From Squalus acanthias (lineage: Eukaryota), in assembly GCA_030390025.1 (NCBI GenBank), contig CM059438.1, forward strand, positions 62,188,001-62,252,000: a stretch of 64,000 nucleotides of DNA, given 5' to 3'. The translations under genes were made by a program, and so were the position numbers. Numbering within the stretch: position 1 is the stretch's first letter; every line of letters starts with the position of its first letter. Below, piece by piece: positions 52,396-64,000 of the stretch. The notes beneath the pieces are model-generated. The model saw nothing but the letters and a program-made list of their open reading frames with translations, did not search any database and was not told the DNA's origin.

Positions 52396-54469
52396 TTAAT
52401 AATTAATAGCCTCATGCTTATTAGCACGTGGAGATTGAACATGCGGGGAACAAGGCAGGCTGTATCTAAAATAGAAAATAAGAACATTGCAAAGCCTGGA
52501 GTGAGAAAACAACATTGAGCCCAACCAACCTATTCTATCCAGACTCCATGTATATGATAGAATAATCATGGGCTCCCCTCCCACACCACCACCTGTTGAT
52601 CCTCTACTTTAGGAATCACTAAGTTCCTTTCTCTACCTCCCCCGGAAAGGAAATCAAAAGTGGTGTTAATATCTTTAAAACCTTGAATCCCCTTCTCAAC
52701 AAGTATGAATCCGGCTCCCTTTTAAAGGTTGCACCTGCCCCCGACCCAATCTGCTCCATATTTCCACTATCCTGTGGAAAGAATAGTGTTTTTTGCTAAT
52801 CTCTCACTTGAGCCTTATAAATTTTCAGCTTCTGCAATGAACTCATTGTCCGATTTACTTTCAACCTTAGCTAATGCAACATTTAAAAACTACCATTCAA
52901 AGGCTACCTTTATTTAGCAGAAATTTCCTCCAACTAAATATTAGGAAGACCGAAGCCATTGTCTTCAGTCCCCGCCACAAACTCCCTTCCCTAACCATCG
53001 ACTCCATCCCTCTCCCTGGTAACTGTCTGAGGCTGAACCAGACTGTTCGTAACCTTGGTGTTGTATTTGACCCCGAGATAAGCTTCCGACCACCTCTCCA
53101 CTTCTCTACCTCTCTTTCCTCCTTTAAGATGCTCCTTAAAACCTACCTCTTTGACCACCTGCCCTAATAGCTCCCTATGTAGCTTGGTGTCAAATTTTGT
53201 TTTATGATGCTCCTGTGAAGTGTCTTGGGCGCTATATAAGTACAAGTTGTTGTTGTTTATAGCGTTCACTGCTCATGGTACTTTCCATTGCTTGTTAATC
53301 CTTCAAATGTAAAGTTGTGTTCATTTGGAAAACACTGTACATGACCTTTCTTGACCCTCTTTTATTATCCAGCATCTCAAGTGTGCAGTAATCTTTCTTC
53401 TGGCAGATGGTTGTAGGTAGAAAGGTGAAAACAAAGCCCAAGGCACGAAATATTGAACATCTGGTGCTTCTGTTCTTTATGCCTGAGTGAGTTCGGTTTG
53501 TTCTGGTCCCTCTATGCCATGCAGCTTAGTGTGAGGAAGGAAATGGAGTGGAAGCTATTACTTTCATCCCACCCTTTGAGGATACAGTAGAATTTTTGAA
53601 CCGTTAAATGGTTACCATTTTGCAGGTAGCCTTACTGTACTCAACCACAGAGTAGAAAATTGTGCATATTTCCTTTCTCTTTCTCACAATCTCCCCCCGC
53701 AACTTCACACGCCAACTTTCCAAACTTGGTTGTGCGTCTATGTGAGCTGCCAATCTGAGGCTATAGATGCTCTCTTGAAGAAAGGGAGAGGAAGTCGCCT
53801 CGAGCACAGCTCACTCACCAAGAGCAGTCTTCATATTCCTCTGTGCTGAGCTTTCTCATGAAATGTGCAGTGACTGGGTAGGGGGGGGGGGGGCGGGGGG
53901 AATAAACTAATCGCAGCAAGTGCACTCTACAGAGAAACTCTTGGTTGATGCCAAGCCCGCTGTGTGTCTCTGCTGTTTTAGCTGCTATTATTATACAAGG
54001 CACCATGGAGAAACTCTGCAAGGATGACTTCTTAAACACGATTGATGTATATATTTTTTTTAAGTAACTAGCTGGGATACAGTTTACGATAAGGACTTCC
54101 TCCAGTGCACCCTTCTCTTGTAAAGTATTTCTCTGAGGCATTGCCTCATGAAAACTGCACCAATATATAACATGTGAAACAGTTACCAATGACTCTCAGC
54201 TATTTATGTTGGCCTTGATTTTATGTCTTGTTTAAAGTATCTTACATTTCCCTTCAGTACAACAGTATTAACTAAGAGTAATGAAGGGTAACATTGTAGT
54301 GGCCAAGAATCCTTAATAGGGAAGGAGCCTGCAGCATGATTCTAACTTAAAGAAAGAAAGGTTTGCATATACGATAGCAAAATACTGCAGATGCTGGAAA
54401 TCCGAAATAACAACAGAAAACGCTGGAAAAACTCAGCAGGCCAGGCAGCATCCGTGGAGAGAGAAAGAG

Positions 54470-54506
54470 AGTTGACGTTTCAGGTCGATGACCTTTCATC
54501 AGAACT
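54470..54506 (-). ncRNA. Minimal hammerhead ribozyme motif in the Penelope 3' repeat
   Basis: Reverse complement of 55984-56020. Confidence 0.8.
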
Positions 54507-55983
54507 GGGAAGAGCTGGAAATCAAATAGATTTAAGGCCAGGGTAAAGCTGGGAAAAGGGGGAGGGGATAAAGGAACAAAGGAGGAGATGAAGAGACATT
54601 AAGAGACATTAAGAGATATGCAAGGCTAGAGGTGGTGTTAATGTGACAGATTAAGGCTGAATGAAGTGTGAAATCTACTGGCAGAATGAAGGACAGCTGC
54701 CAGCTTCTAGGAGGAAAAAAAAGGTGGGGGGGACAAATAAAAGGGTGGATAAAATAAAATATAAATGTGATTGGAGCTGAGGTTATGATCTAAAATTGTT
54801 GAACTCGATATTGAGTCAGAGGGCTGTAGCGTGCCTAAACGAAAGATGAGGTGCTGTTCCTCGAGCTTACGCTGAGCTTCCGTGGAACAGTGTATTAGGC
54901 CGAGGACGGTGAGGTCAGAGTGGGAGTGAAGCGGTGAATTAAAGTGACAGGCCACCGGAGCTCGGGGTCCCCCTTACGGACTGAACGGAGGTGTTCCGCA
55001 AAGCGGTCACCCAATCTGCGTTTGGTCTCCCCAATGTAGAGGAGTCCACATCGTGAGCAGCGAATACAGTATACTAAATTGCAGGAAGTACAAGTAAATC
55101 GCTGTTTCACCTGGAAGGGGTGTTTGGGGCCCTGGACAGTGGGAAGAGGGGGAGGTATAAGGGCATGTGTTGCATCTCCTGCGCGTGCACGGGAAGGTGC
55201 CGGGCGAAGGGGAAGGGGTGCTGGGGGTGGTAGAGGAGTGGACTAGGGTGTCGCGGAGGGAGCGGTCCCTGCGGAATGCTGAAAGGGGAGGTGAGGGGAA
55301 GATGTGTTTGGTGGTGGATCACGCTGGAGGTGGCGGAAAATGGCGGAGGATGATCCGTTGAATGTGGAGGCTGGTGGGGTGAAAGGTGAGGACAAGGGGA
55401 ACCCTATCGTGGTTCCGGGAGGGAGGGGCAGGGGTGAGGGCAGATGTGCGGGAGATAGAACGGACACGGTCGAGGGCCGTGTCGACCACGGTAGAGGGGA
55501 ATCCTCGGTTGAGGAAAAAGGAAGACATGTCGGAAGCACTGGTATGGAAGGGTGGCATCATCAGAGCAGATGCGGCGGAGACGGAGAAACTGGAGAATGG
55601 AATAGAGTCCTTACAGGAGGCGGGGTGGGAGGAAGTGTAGTCCAGGTAGCTGTGGGAGTCGGTGGGCTTGTAGTGAATGTTAGTCAATAACCTATCCCCA
55701 GAGATGGAGATGGAGAAGTCGAGGAAGGGAAGAGAAGAGTCGGAGATGGACCATGTGAAGGTGAGGGAAGGGTGGAAATTGGAAGCATAGTGAATGAAAT
55801 GTTCTAGTTCAGGGCGAGAGCAGGAGACGGCACCGATACAGTCATCAATGTACCGGAAAAAGAGGTGAGGGAGGGGACCCGAGTAGGACTGGAACTCTTC
55901 ATCTCCTCCTTTGTTCCTTTATCCCCTCCCCCTTTTCCCAGCTTTACCCTGGCCTTAAATCTATTTGATTTCCAGCTCTTCCC

Positions 55984-56020
55984 AGTTCTGATGAAAGGTC
56001 ATCGACCTGAAACGTCAACT
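55984..56020 (+). ncRNA. Minimal hammerhead ribozyme motif in the inverted arm
   Basis: agtt-CTGATGA-a-aggtc(atc)gacct-GAAACGTC-aact. Confidence 0.82.
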
Positions 56021-56084
56021 CTCTTTCTCTCTCCACGGATGCTGCCTGGCCTGCTGAGTTTTTCCAGCGTTTTCTGTTGTTATT

Positions 56085-56583
56085 AAGGTTTGCATATATA
56101 TATGTGTATATATGTGTATGTGTATATATGTGTGTATATATGTGTATATATGTATGTATATCTCACATCACATTTCACGATCTCAGGACGTCCCAAAGTG
56201 CTTTACAGTCAATGAAGTACTTTTGGAGTGCAGTCACTGTTGTAATGTATGAAGCGTGGTAGCCAATTTGCGCTCTGCAAGCTCCCACAAACAGCAATTT
56301 GATGATTGACCAGATAATCTGTTTTTGTGATGTTGATTGAGGGATAAATATTGGCCAGGACAGTGGGGATAACTCCCCTGCTCCTCTTCGAAATGGGATC
56401 TTTTACATCCACCTGAGAGAGCAGACGGGGCCTCGGTTTAACGTCTCATCCGAATGATGACACCTCCGACAGTGCAGCACTCCCTCAGCACTGCACTGGA
56501 GTGTCGGCCTGGATTTTTGTGCTGAAGTCTCTGGAGTGGGATCTGAGCCCACAGCCTTCTGACTCTGAGCCACGGCTGACACT
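56085..56583 (-). mobile_element. DeuSINE whose tail received the Penelope insertion; (TA/TG)n microsatellite at 56094-56162
   Basis: SINE tail aaagaaagaaag lies left of the insertion at about 54348 and the body lies to the right. Confidence 0.85.
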
Positions 56584-57904
56584 TAAGAATATAACGATTT
56601 TCAGGAACAGAAAACCCCCCAACAAGCCCATCCCTATTTGATTGATCAGCCTCATCTTCATTTGCACTCTTTATGGCCTCTTCAACTTGTATTGATTGTC
56701 TTGTTGTGATTTATTTATCTGTATTCCCAGATCTCTCGGCTCGTCTACTCCATTTAGTTTCTTATTTTCCAAGGAATAAGTGCCCTCCTTATTCCTCCTA
56801 CCAAAATGAACCCCCCATGCTTTGCTATATTGAATTTCATTTGCCATTTAAACTCATCAGCATTACCAACTGTGTATTTCTATAATAATTATACGGAATG
56901 CCAAACCAGTTTGCAATCAACATGCAGGCCGTAATTACATTTCACAAGCAAATCAGACTAATCGACAAGTGCCTGCAGTCATCCAGCTGCAGTTGTAACA
57001 AAGTGACTGCTGGAAAGAGATAATATTGCAGGAATTGCTGGGCAAGAGCTCAATTTCTGCACTAATGCTCCTTGCATGTTTTGTTACTTTTTAATCGTCT
57101 CTCTGGGGGCAACGCATCAATGTAGACTGGTTTTAGGGGCAGTGTGACCAGCTTCCTGTGGCACGCGCAGTCTGTTGGGAACTTTTATTTCATTCTCACT
57201 GTAAAACCTAACTGAGACAGATTATGTTTTCCTTTCTTCCTGCTGTTTCATTTTCTTTCTCTCCTTGTTTCTTCTCATTTTTCACCTACCCCGGGTGACA
57301 CTTTTAACATCTAGAACTGCAGGTGGGGGCTCCAGCATTATATTACTCTAATATCTGCCCTGTTGAGATCTGTTTTATGTTTTGTTTTCAACCTTCTCCT
57401 TTCTCCATTCCTCTCCTGAAGGCGTTGACTCCGTACTGAGGTTCCACGGCCCACAGCCCTCTGATACTTGACTTGCCTGGCTATTCTTCACGTGCAGGCC
57501 CAGGCAGCGAGTGTCGGCAGGTTATGTTCCACAGAGGGTGTAGCACTAGCTGAGCTGATCCTATACTCGCCTAATAGTTGCACGCACTTGCTAGCCGGGG
57601 TCCCTGGATACCGATCGCAAGTGGGAACTTGAGCTGTTCTTTTTCCCCCCCCCCCCTCTTTCCCAAAGTAAAGTTTGAGACAATACTGAATTTATGGGTA
57701 TTCGACCTAAACCAGCAGCCAGCCCCAGAGTACAGCTCGGTGTGAGACATTCTAGCCTTGATATGAAGACTCCCATTCTGCACAGATTCCCCCACAAAAT
57801 GCGGCAGAACATACAGTTAAATTGTGAGAAATAAGAACAGAAAATTGTTGGAGCTGCAGGTCAGGTGGTGCATGGAAGAACGTGTCAATTGAGACCTTTC
57901 ATTA

Positions 57905-58410
57905 CAAAGAACGACTTGCATTTCTATAGCGCCTTTCACGACCTCAGTACCTCCCAAAGCGCTTTACAGCCAATGAAGTACTTTTGGAAGTGCAGCCACT
58001 GTTGTAATGGGAACGTGGCAGCCAAATTGTGCACAGCAAGGTCCCACAAACAGCAATGAGATCATGACCAGATCATTTGTTTTTTTTAGCGACATTGGTT
58101 CAGGAATAAATATTGGCCAGGACTCTCCTTTGAATAGTGCCATGGGATCCTTTATGTTCGCCTGAGAGGATTGACGGGGCCTTGGCTTAACGTCTTATCC
58201 GAAAGACGGCATCCCCGACAGTGCAGCACTTCCTCAGCACCGCAGCAACAACAACTTACGTTTATATAGCACCTTTAACGTAATAACACTCCTGTGAAGC
58301 GCCTTTTTATCAAAAAACAAAATTTGACACTGAGCCATATAAGGAGATGTTAGGGCAGATGACCAAAAGTCTAGATTATGTGCTCGAGTTTCTGGAGTGA
58401 GGCTTGAACC
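57905..58410 (-). mobile_element. DeuSINE interrupted by an L2 tail (about 58245-58370)
   Basis: SINE body, then caacaacaactt..tatatagcacc L2 tail, then SINE head remnant. Confidence 0.75.
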
Positions 58411-58624
58411 AGCTTTGAATCACACCCTAAGTTGCTTCTCTTACCTTCTACGTATTTCCAACATTTTCTGTTTTTATTTCAGAATTCCAGCCTTTTTCTC
58501 CAAGTGTGGAACCCTATATTTTTTAAGCATGTTACATAAATGACAGTGTTGTATAAGCGGCTCACCTGTATGGTGGATTTAGTATAGTTACTCAGTGTAG
58601 GTATACTGGTTCTATCTATAATGA

Positions 58625-58939
<315 letters not shown>

Positions 58940-59418
58940 TGAATTTTTCTTTTGCCAGTTTATTCCCCCTACCAGTCACGCCCTGCGCCTTGCCCCTCGC
59001 CCCCTGCGCCTTGCCAGATGTGTGGCCTTAGAGGGTGAGTGGCAGTGGTTATTTAACTTGGTGGTGGGGAGTGGGGTGGAGTGAGGTGGAGTGAATGCCA
59101 CAGCCCAGCCTGATCCTTCCCTCACCTGGTATTCACACTCTCCAGCAGGGATCACTGAACTTTTTTGTTACCTCTCTCAAGAGCAGCAATAGGACAGAAG
59201 TGTAATCAATGTTTTTTTTTTCATTAATAGCCAATCAGGTTACCTGCTCAGCAGATTCATTAGCCTGTCAAAGCATCCGCAGTTTACAGCATGTGCTCCC
59301 GTCTCCTGCATTGAGGCAAAGTCACTCTGGAGTATAGAATCTTACAGCACAGAAGGAGGCCATTCAGCTCATCGTGCCTGTTCTGGCTCTTTGAAAGAGC
59401 TATCCAATTAGTCCCAAC

Positions 59419-61223
59419 CAATGTTTTTTGTACTGAGCGGGCCACAAACTCCTTTGAGTGCGACCTTTTCGTCCGTGAGCAAATATTAAAACAACAACAA
59501 CTTTTACAACAACAGCAGCAACCACTTCAAAGCATATATACAGTAATGTCATATTGCCACCCCACCGTCTCAAATCATGAGACAATCTAGACAAGGTTCG
59601 ACACAAGTTTAATATAACTTCTCTGCTTTTGAATTCCATTCCTCTAGAAATTAACCCCAGTGCTTTATTTGCACTTTTATGGCTTTTTTAACCTGCATTG
59701 CTACTTTTAATGATTTGTGAATCTATACCCCTTGATCCCTTTGCACCTCTACCCCATTTAGACTCTTATGTTCCAAGGAGTAGGTCGCCTCCTTATTCCT
59801 CCTACCAAAATGCACCACCTCACACTTATCAATATTGAAATTCATTTGTTAGTTACATGCCCATTCTGCAAGTTTGTTTACGGTAGAATTAATTAAAAGC
59901 TTTTAGTTCGTCATGTACAAACTCACTTTAATAAAAAAGTTACTTGTCAGAAATGACTGAGATATAAAAGAACTGCAAAATAATGCATCAACACTTCAAA
60001 ATGTCACTCAGTTACATGGTTATGCATCGACAAACAATCCAAAAGCCCAAGATGAGCTGAAAGAGGCATATCTATTTGTGCAATTTGTATTAATTTTAAA
60101 GTTTTCAACGTATTAGCCCATCCCTCATGTCACTACAGCAGTGGCCGCACAAGCAGCAGGAGCAGTGGCTTTCCTATGGCGCTGACGTGCTGTACATCCA
60201 CATAAGTAATGAGAATATTATTCACAATGCAACCAGACACCCAACAAATATAAAGTGCTGTAGTTCTTTAGTTCACCGTATTAAAAAGAATTGAACAAAA
60301 ACGGGTATCCGTACTTCCAACTTCAATCACTTCCATTAATAAACGTGATCTTCTTGAACCACCACACCCCCCATGTAACATGTCAGAAATGCAGCACTTA
60401 TTCACAAGTGCAGAAAAACATATACACAATTTGCGTCACCGAACTAAAAACAAAAAGCAGGAAAAGCTATGATTTAACAGAAGTAAACATTCATCTTTCT
60501 TCCTGGACAGGAGAACTAATCAGACTGACTTGGAAATATTTAGTAATATGTTGTCGTAAAAATGTTAATTGACTAATTTCGCTTCTAATGTTTTTCTCTC
60601 AAACATTCGCCACAATATTAATCCTTGCTCTTATCACCAAAAGTGTTGAATTATTTTAGGTACTTCCCAATTAAATAGTGGCAAACAAACTTCATTGTAC
60701 TCTCAATTTTTAATCTCCTATTTCAAACATTTATACCAAATCAAAATTGTACATTATCAGTTTAATCAAAGTATTTTCTGTGTCTTTCTCAATAAACAAA
60801 TAGTTTCTTCTAAAGTAGCTTCCTGCAATTTTTATACATTATTACATAACTCTTGTTTTTATTAACACGCCACTAAATGTTTAAGAGGAAATCTATATTT
60901 ACGTTATTCCTGGGACTTGTTAGGACTATAGAACGACAGACAAAATAAAATGGTTTGTGTTTTTCCCCTTTTTTTGGTTCTCTTCCTAAATATCATCATA
61001 TATTTTTTAAAGTCAATTAAAGTAATATGTAACTCCTGCAATTGCGATCGGCTCTGAGGTCGCAAGACTCGCAAACGAGTCTGTCTGGATTCCCGGGGCC
61101 ATTGTGTATTGGGCCCCTCCCCCAACCCCAGCTACTATCTAGTTCTCTGTGCGGCGGTATTTCAAATCAGCTGTGCGCGAGCTCGGGATCAGTGCGCACC
61201 CGCGTACCTTAGAGGGAACAGTG
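59419..61223. mobile_element. Non-autonomous hAT element inserted in a CR1 tail; carries a CR1 RT fragment (about 59590-59880)
   Basis: 8-bp TSD gtcccaac (59411-59418 and 61224-61231); ends caatgtt... / ...agagggaacagtg. Confidence 0.82.
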
Positions 61224-61936
61224 GTCCCAACCACTCATTCCCCATAGCCATGCACGTTTTTCCTTTTCAAGTATTTATCTAGTCACCTTTTGAAAGTTAC
61301 TATCGAATCTGCTTCCACCACCCTTTCAGGCAGTGCATTCCAAATATTAACTCGATGTGTAAAAAAAAAAAAAATTCTCCTCATCTCCCCTCTAGTTCTT
61401 TTGCCAATTACAGTTTCTTCCTATCTGCTCTCTCAAAACCCTTCATGATTTTGAACACCTCTATTAAATCTCTGCTCTAAGGAGAAACAATCCCAGCTTC
61501 TCCAGTGAAGCCAAGTAACCACCAAAGAGCCCGAGCATCAGTACCTGAAGCACACTTCACCTCGGCACTGTTATTGTAGTCTCTGTGTGGTGTCAATGTG
61601 ACATTGGCGTGTTTTAGCTGTGGAGTGTGGGGCAGACTGCATACTGTCCCTGTAATTGGTTGTTCTCCTTGAACTTCCTTTATCTTTCCACAAATAGGTG
61701 AAAGTTTCGTCCAGTTGGAGAGGTTGGGAGATCTGGTTGCTTCCTGCCGGACTGAGTGCCGCTCACTGATCCCTGTAGTCAGGTGGCCGGTTTTCGATCA
61801 TAAGAAATAGGAGCAGGAGCAGGCCATTCGGCCCCTCGAGCCTGCTCCACCATTCAATGCGAGCATGTTTTCCCGCACCCTGAGGTCGCAAGATTTCGTC
61901 TCCACCGAAGCTTACTTGGCTTTCTTTTCTTCACAG

Positions 61937-62085
61937 CTGATGTTGCCCGGTCTATGGGTGCAAAGGTCGTGATAGCGATTGATGTCGGCAGCCAGGATGA
62001 AACGGATCTGACAAATTATGGGGACTCGCTGTCTGGCTGGTGGTTGCTGTGGAAACGCTTTAATCCTTGGGCAGCAAAAGTGAAG
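61937..62085 (+). CDS. PNPLA7: PNPLA7-like exon: (A)[49 protein letters not shown]
   Basis: Pyrimidine tract then cacag| acceptor; AAG|gtaagt donor; 149 nt, phase 1/0. The gene continues beyond the window. Confidence 0.94.
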
Positions 62086-62511
62086 GTAAGTAAAATTTTT
62101 AAAAATGAATGTGTAGCACTATTGGCAGCCTTGTGCTTGAGGAAGGGTTGGTGGGTGTGGCATGGAATTAGTGTGGCAAACACGATCAAATGAGCAATGA
62201 CAGCTGCCACCATAATTCTACAGAACTCTGCCTTTGCACTTGCTGTGTTTGATGACCTTAATACAGTGATATAATCAGTTGCCTTTCACTTTTAATTCGG
62301 TCCTGAGAGGACCTTTCCCCGCTATTGAAGCAGAATGAGACGATAAACAGGTTAGGCTCTCGGTAGAGGCCAGTGGCTTGTGTAACTCAACAGGGAACAA
62401 ATATTTCCAGTTGAATGCATGATGGCTAAATCTAGCTTTTAAAGCTGATGGCCGACCTCATCTGTGTCCTGAACAGTTTGACTGTAACATGTTGTAAATT
62501 AAAACCTGGTA

Positions 62512-62911
62512 CAGGAAACTTTTGTTTATCCGGCACCCAAATATCCGGAATTCTCGCTTAACCGGCAAAAATCATCCTCCGAAAACTCCTCTCAAATAAC
62601 CGGCAATGTTGCCGAGTCGCAGTCGAGTCTCCGCGAACGCCGAGTACTCCGAAAACTCCTCTCAAATAACCGGCAATGTTGCCGATCCCGAGTCAGAGTC
62701 CGCGAACGCCGATTTAGTCAGTAGGGGTAGTTTTCAAAAGTGCCACTACTCGGCCTCCTGGCGCTGTCGGAAGTATACTGCACATTTCTTGATTTATTTA
62801 TTTTTCTTTGTTAAAAATAGCCTCGGTAGATATAACTCTCCGTTATCCGGTACTTTCGATAAACCGGCACCACGCCGGTCCCGTCGGTGCCGGTTAATAA
62901 AGAGTTTCCTG
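62512..62911. mobile_element. Tc1/mariner superfamily (pogo/Tigger-like) MITE, 400 bp
   Basis: TA TSD; about 26-bp TIR caggaaacttttgtttatccggcacc / ggtgccggttaataaagagtttcctg. Confidence 0.88.
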
Positions 62912-62925
62912 TACGTAGAGGATAC

Positions 62926-63076
62926 AAGTGAGAAGTCGCACAACACCAGGTTATAGTCCAACAGTTTTATTTGAAATCACAAGCTTTCGGAGCGCTGCTC
63001 CTTCATCAGGTGAAGTGAAGAAATACAAATGGGCACAGCATATATAGACAGAGAACAATGCCAGACGACTACAGTT
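62926..63076 (-). mobile_element. Penelope-like terminal repeat fragment
   Basis: Reverse complement of 13908-14056. Confidence 0.8.
62977..63013 (-). ncRNA. Minimal hammerhead ribozyme motif
   Basis: Reverse complement reads tcac-CTGATGA-a-ggagcagcgctcc-GAAAGCTT-gtga. Confidence 0.82.
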
Positions 63077-63861
63077 TTTCCTTTTCAAGTATTTATCTCA
63101 TAGAGGATACAACATGGGGACAGGCCATTTGGCCCAACCAGTCCGTGTTGGTGTTTACCCTCCAATCCATGTGCGCAAATAGTTGTAATCACATTTACCC
63201 ACCCATGTCCCGTATCCCTTCAACCCCTTTTCCTTCATCCGCCTATCCAATCTAATCTTGGATGTTGACACAGTTTATGCCTCAACCACTAATCCCGGAA
63301 GTCAATTCAACAGTCTCGCAACTCTCAACAACAACTTGCATTTATGTAGCCCCCGTGATGTAACTAAAAACTACCAAGGCACGCCACAGGGAGCGTTATC
63401 AGACAAAATATGATACTGTGCCGCATAAACAGATATTAGGACAGGAGACCAATAGCTTGGTCAAAGTGGTAGCTTTAAGGAGCAACTTAAAGGAGGAGAG
63501 AGAAGGGTGGTGAGGTTTACGGAGGGAATTCCGGGGCCCAGGCAGCTGAAGGCATGGCCGCCAATGGTGGAGTGGAGGAAATCGGGGATGCGCAAGCGGC
63601 CAGAATTGGAGGAGCGCAGAGATCTCGGAGAGTTGTAGGGCTGGAGGAGGTTACAGAGGTGGGGAGGGGCCAGGCTATGGGGGGATTTGAACACGAGAAT
63701 TTTTAATTCGAGGTGCTGCCGGTCCGGGAGCAAATGTAAGTCAGCGAGCACAGTGGTGATGGGTGAACTGGACTAGGTTTGAGTTCAGATAATGGCAGCA
63801 GAGTTTTGGATGAACTCAAGTTTATGGAAGGTGGGAGGCTGGCCAGGAGAACGTTGGATAA

Positions 63862-64000
63862 GAACATAACATAAGAAGTAGGAGCAGGAGTAGGCCCTTC
63901 GAGCCTGCTCCGCCATTCAATACGATCATGGCTGATCTACCTCAATTCCACCTTCCCGCATCATCCCTATATCCCTTGATTCCCTTAATATCCAAAAATC
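63862..64000 (-). mobile_element. CR1 3' tail running off the window end
   Basis: cataagaagtaggagcaggagtaggcc..atcatggctgatc. Confidence 0.8.

Larger units (their letters stand above)
54372..56084 (-). mobile_element. 5'-truncated Penelope-like retroelement (RT C-terminus + GIY-YIG) with an inverted terminal repeat
   Basis: YKPTDSHSYLDY.S.HP and NLVYCIRCSRCGLLYIGETKRRLGDRFAEH; arms 54406-54595 and 55895-56084 are inverted; 14-bp TSD aaggtttgcatata. Confidence 0.95.

Overview
This is vertebrate genomic DNA, most likely a cartilaginous fish (shark), inferred from the repeat families; it is not prokaryotic. The window holds five coding exons (+ strand) of the patatin domain of a PNPLA7/PNPLA6 (neuropathy target esterase family) gene. 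They splice in frame through GT-AG introns and keep the GTSIG serine and DGG aspartate. The rest appears intronic and is mostly transposon-derived: a near-complete CR1 LINE and many CR1/L2 fragments, about 15 DeuSINE (SacSINE1-like) copies plus two other SINE families, a two-gene Harbinger relic with related MITEs, a hAT element, a pogo/Tigger MITE, Penelope-like elements with minimal hammerhead ribozymes, and a 3.9-kb 27/29-bp minisatellite. The most unusual signals are a MITE family with a conserved cassette of splice sites, hairpins and promoter motifs; hammerhead ribozymes on the host sense strand; and a Penelope insertion with apparently identical 190-bp inverted arms around a frameshifted ORF. 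Family names come from recalled consensus sequences, not database searches, and boundaries of degraded repeats are approximate. No new biological system can be proven from sequence alone.
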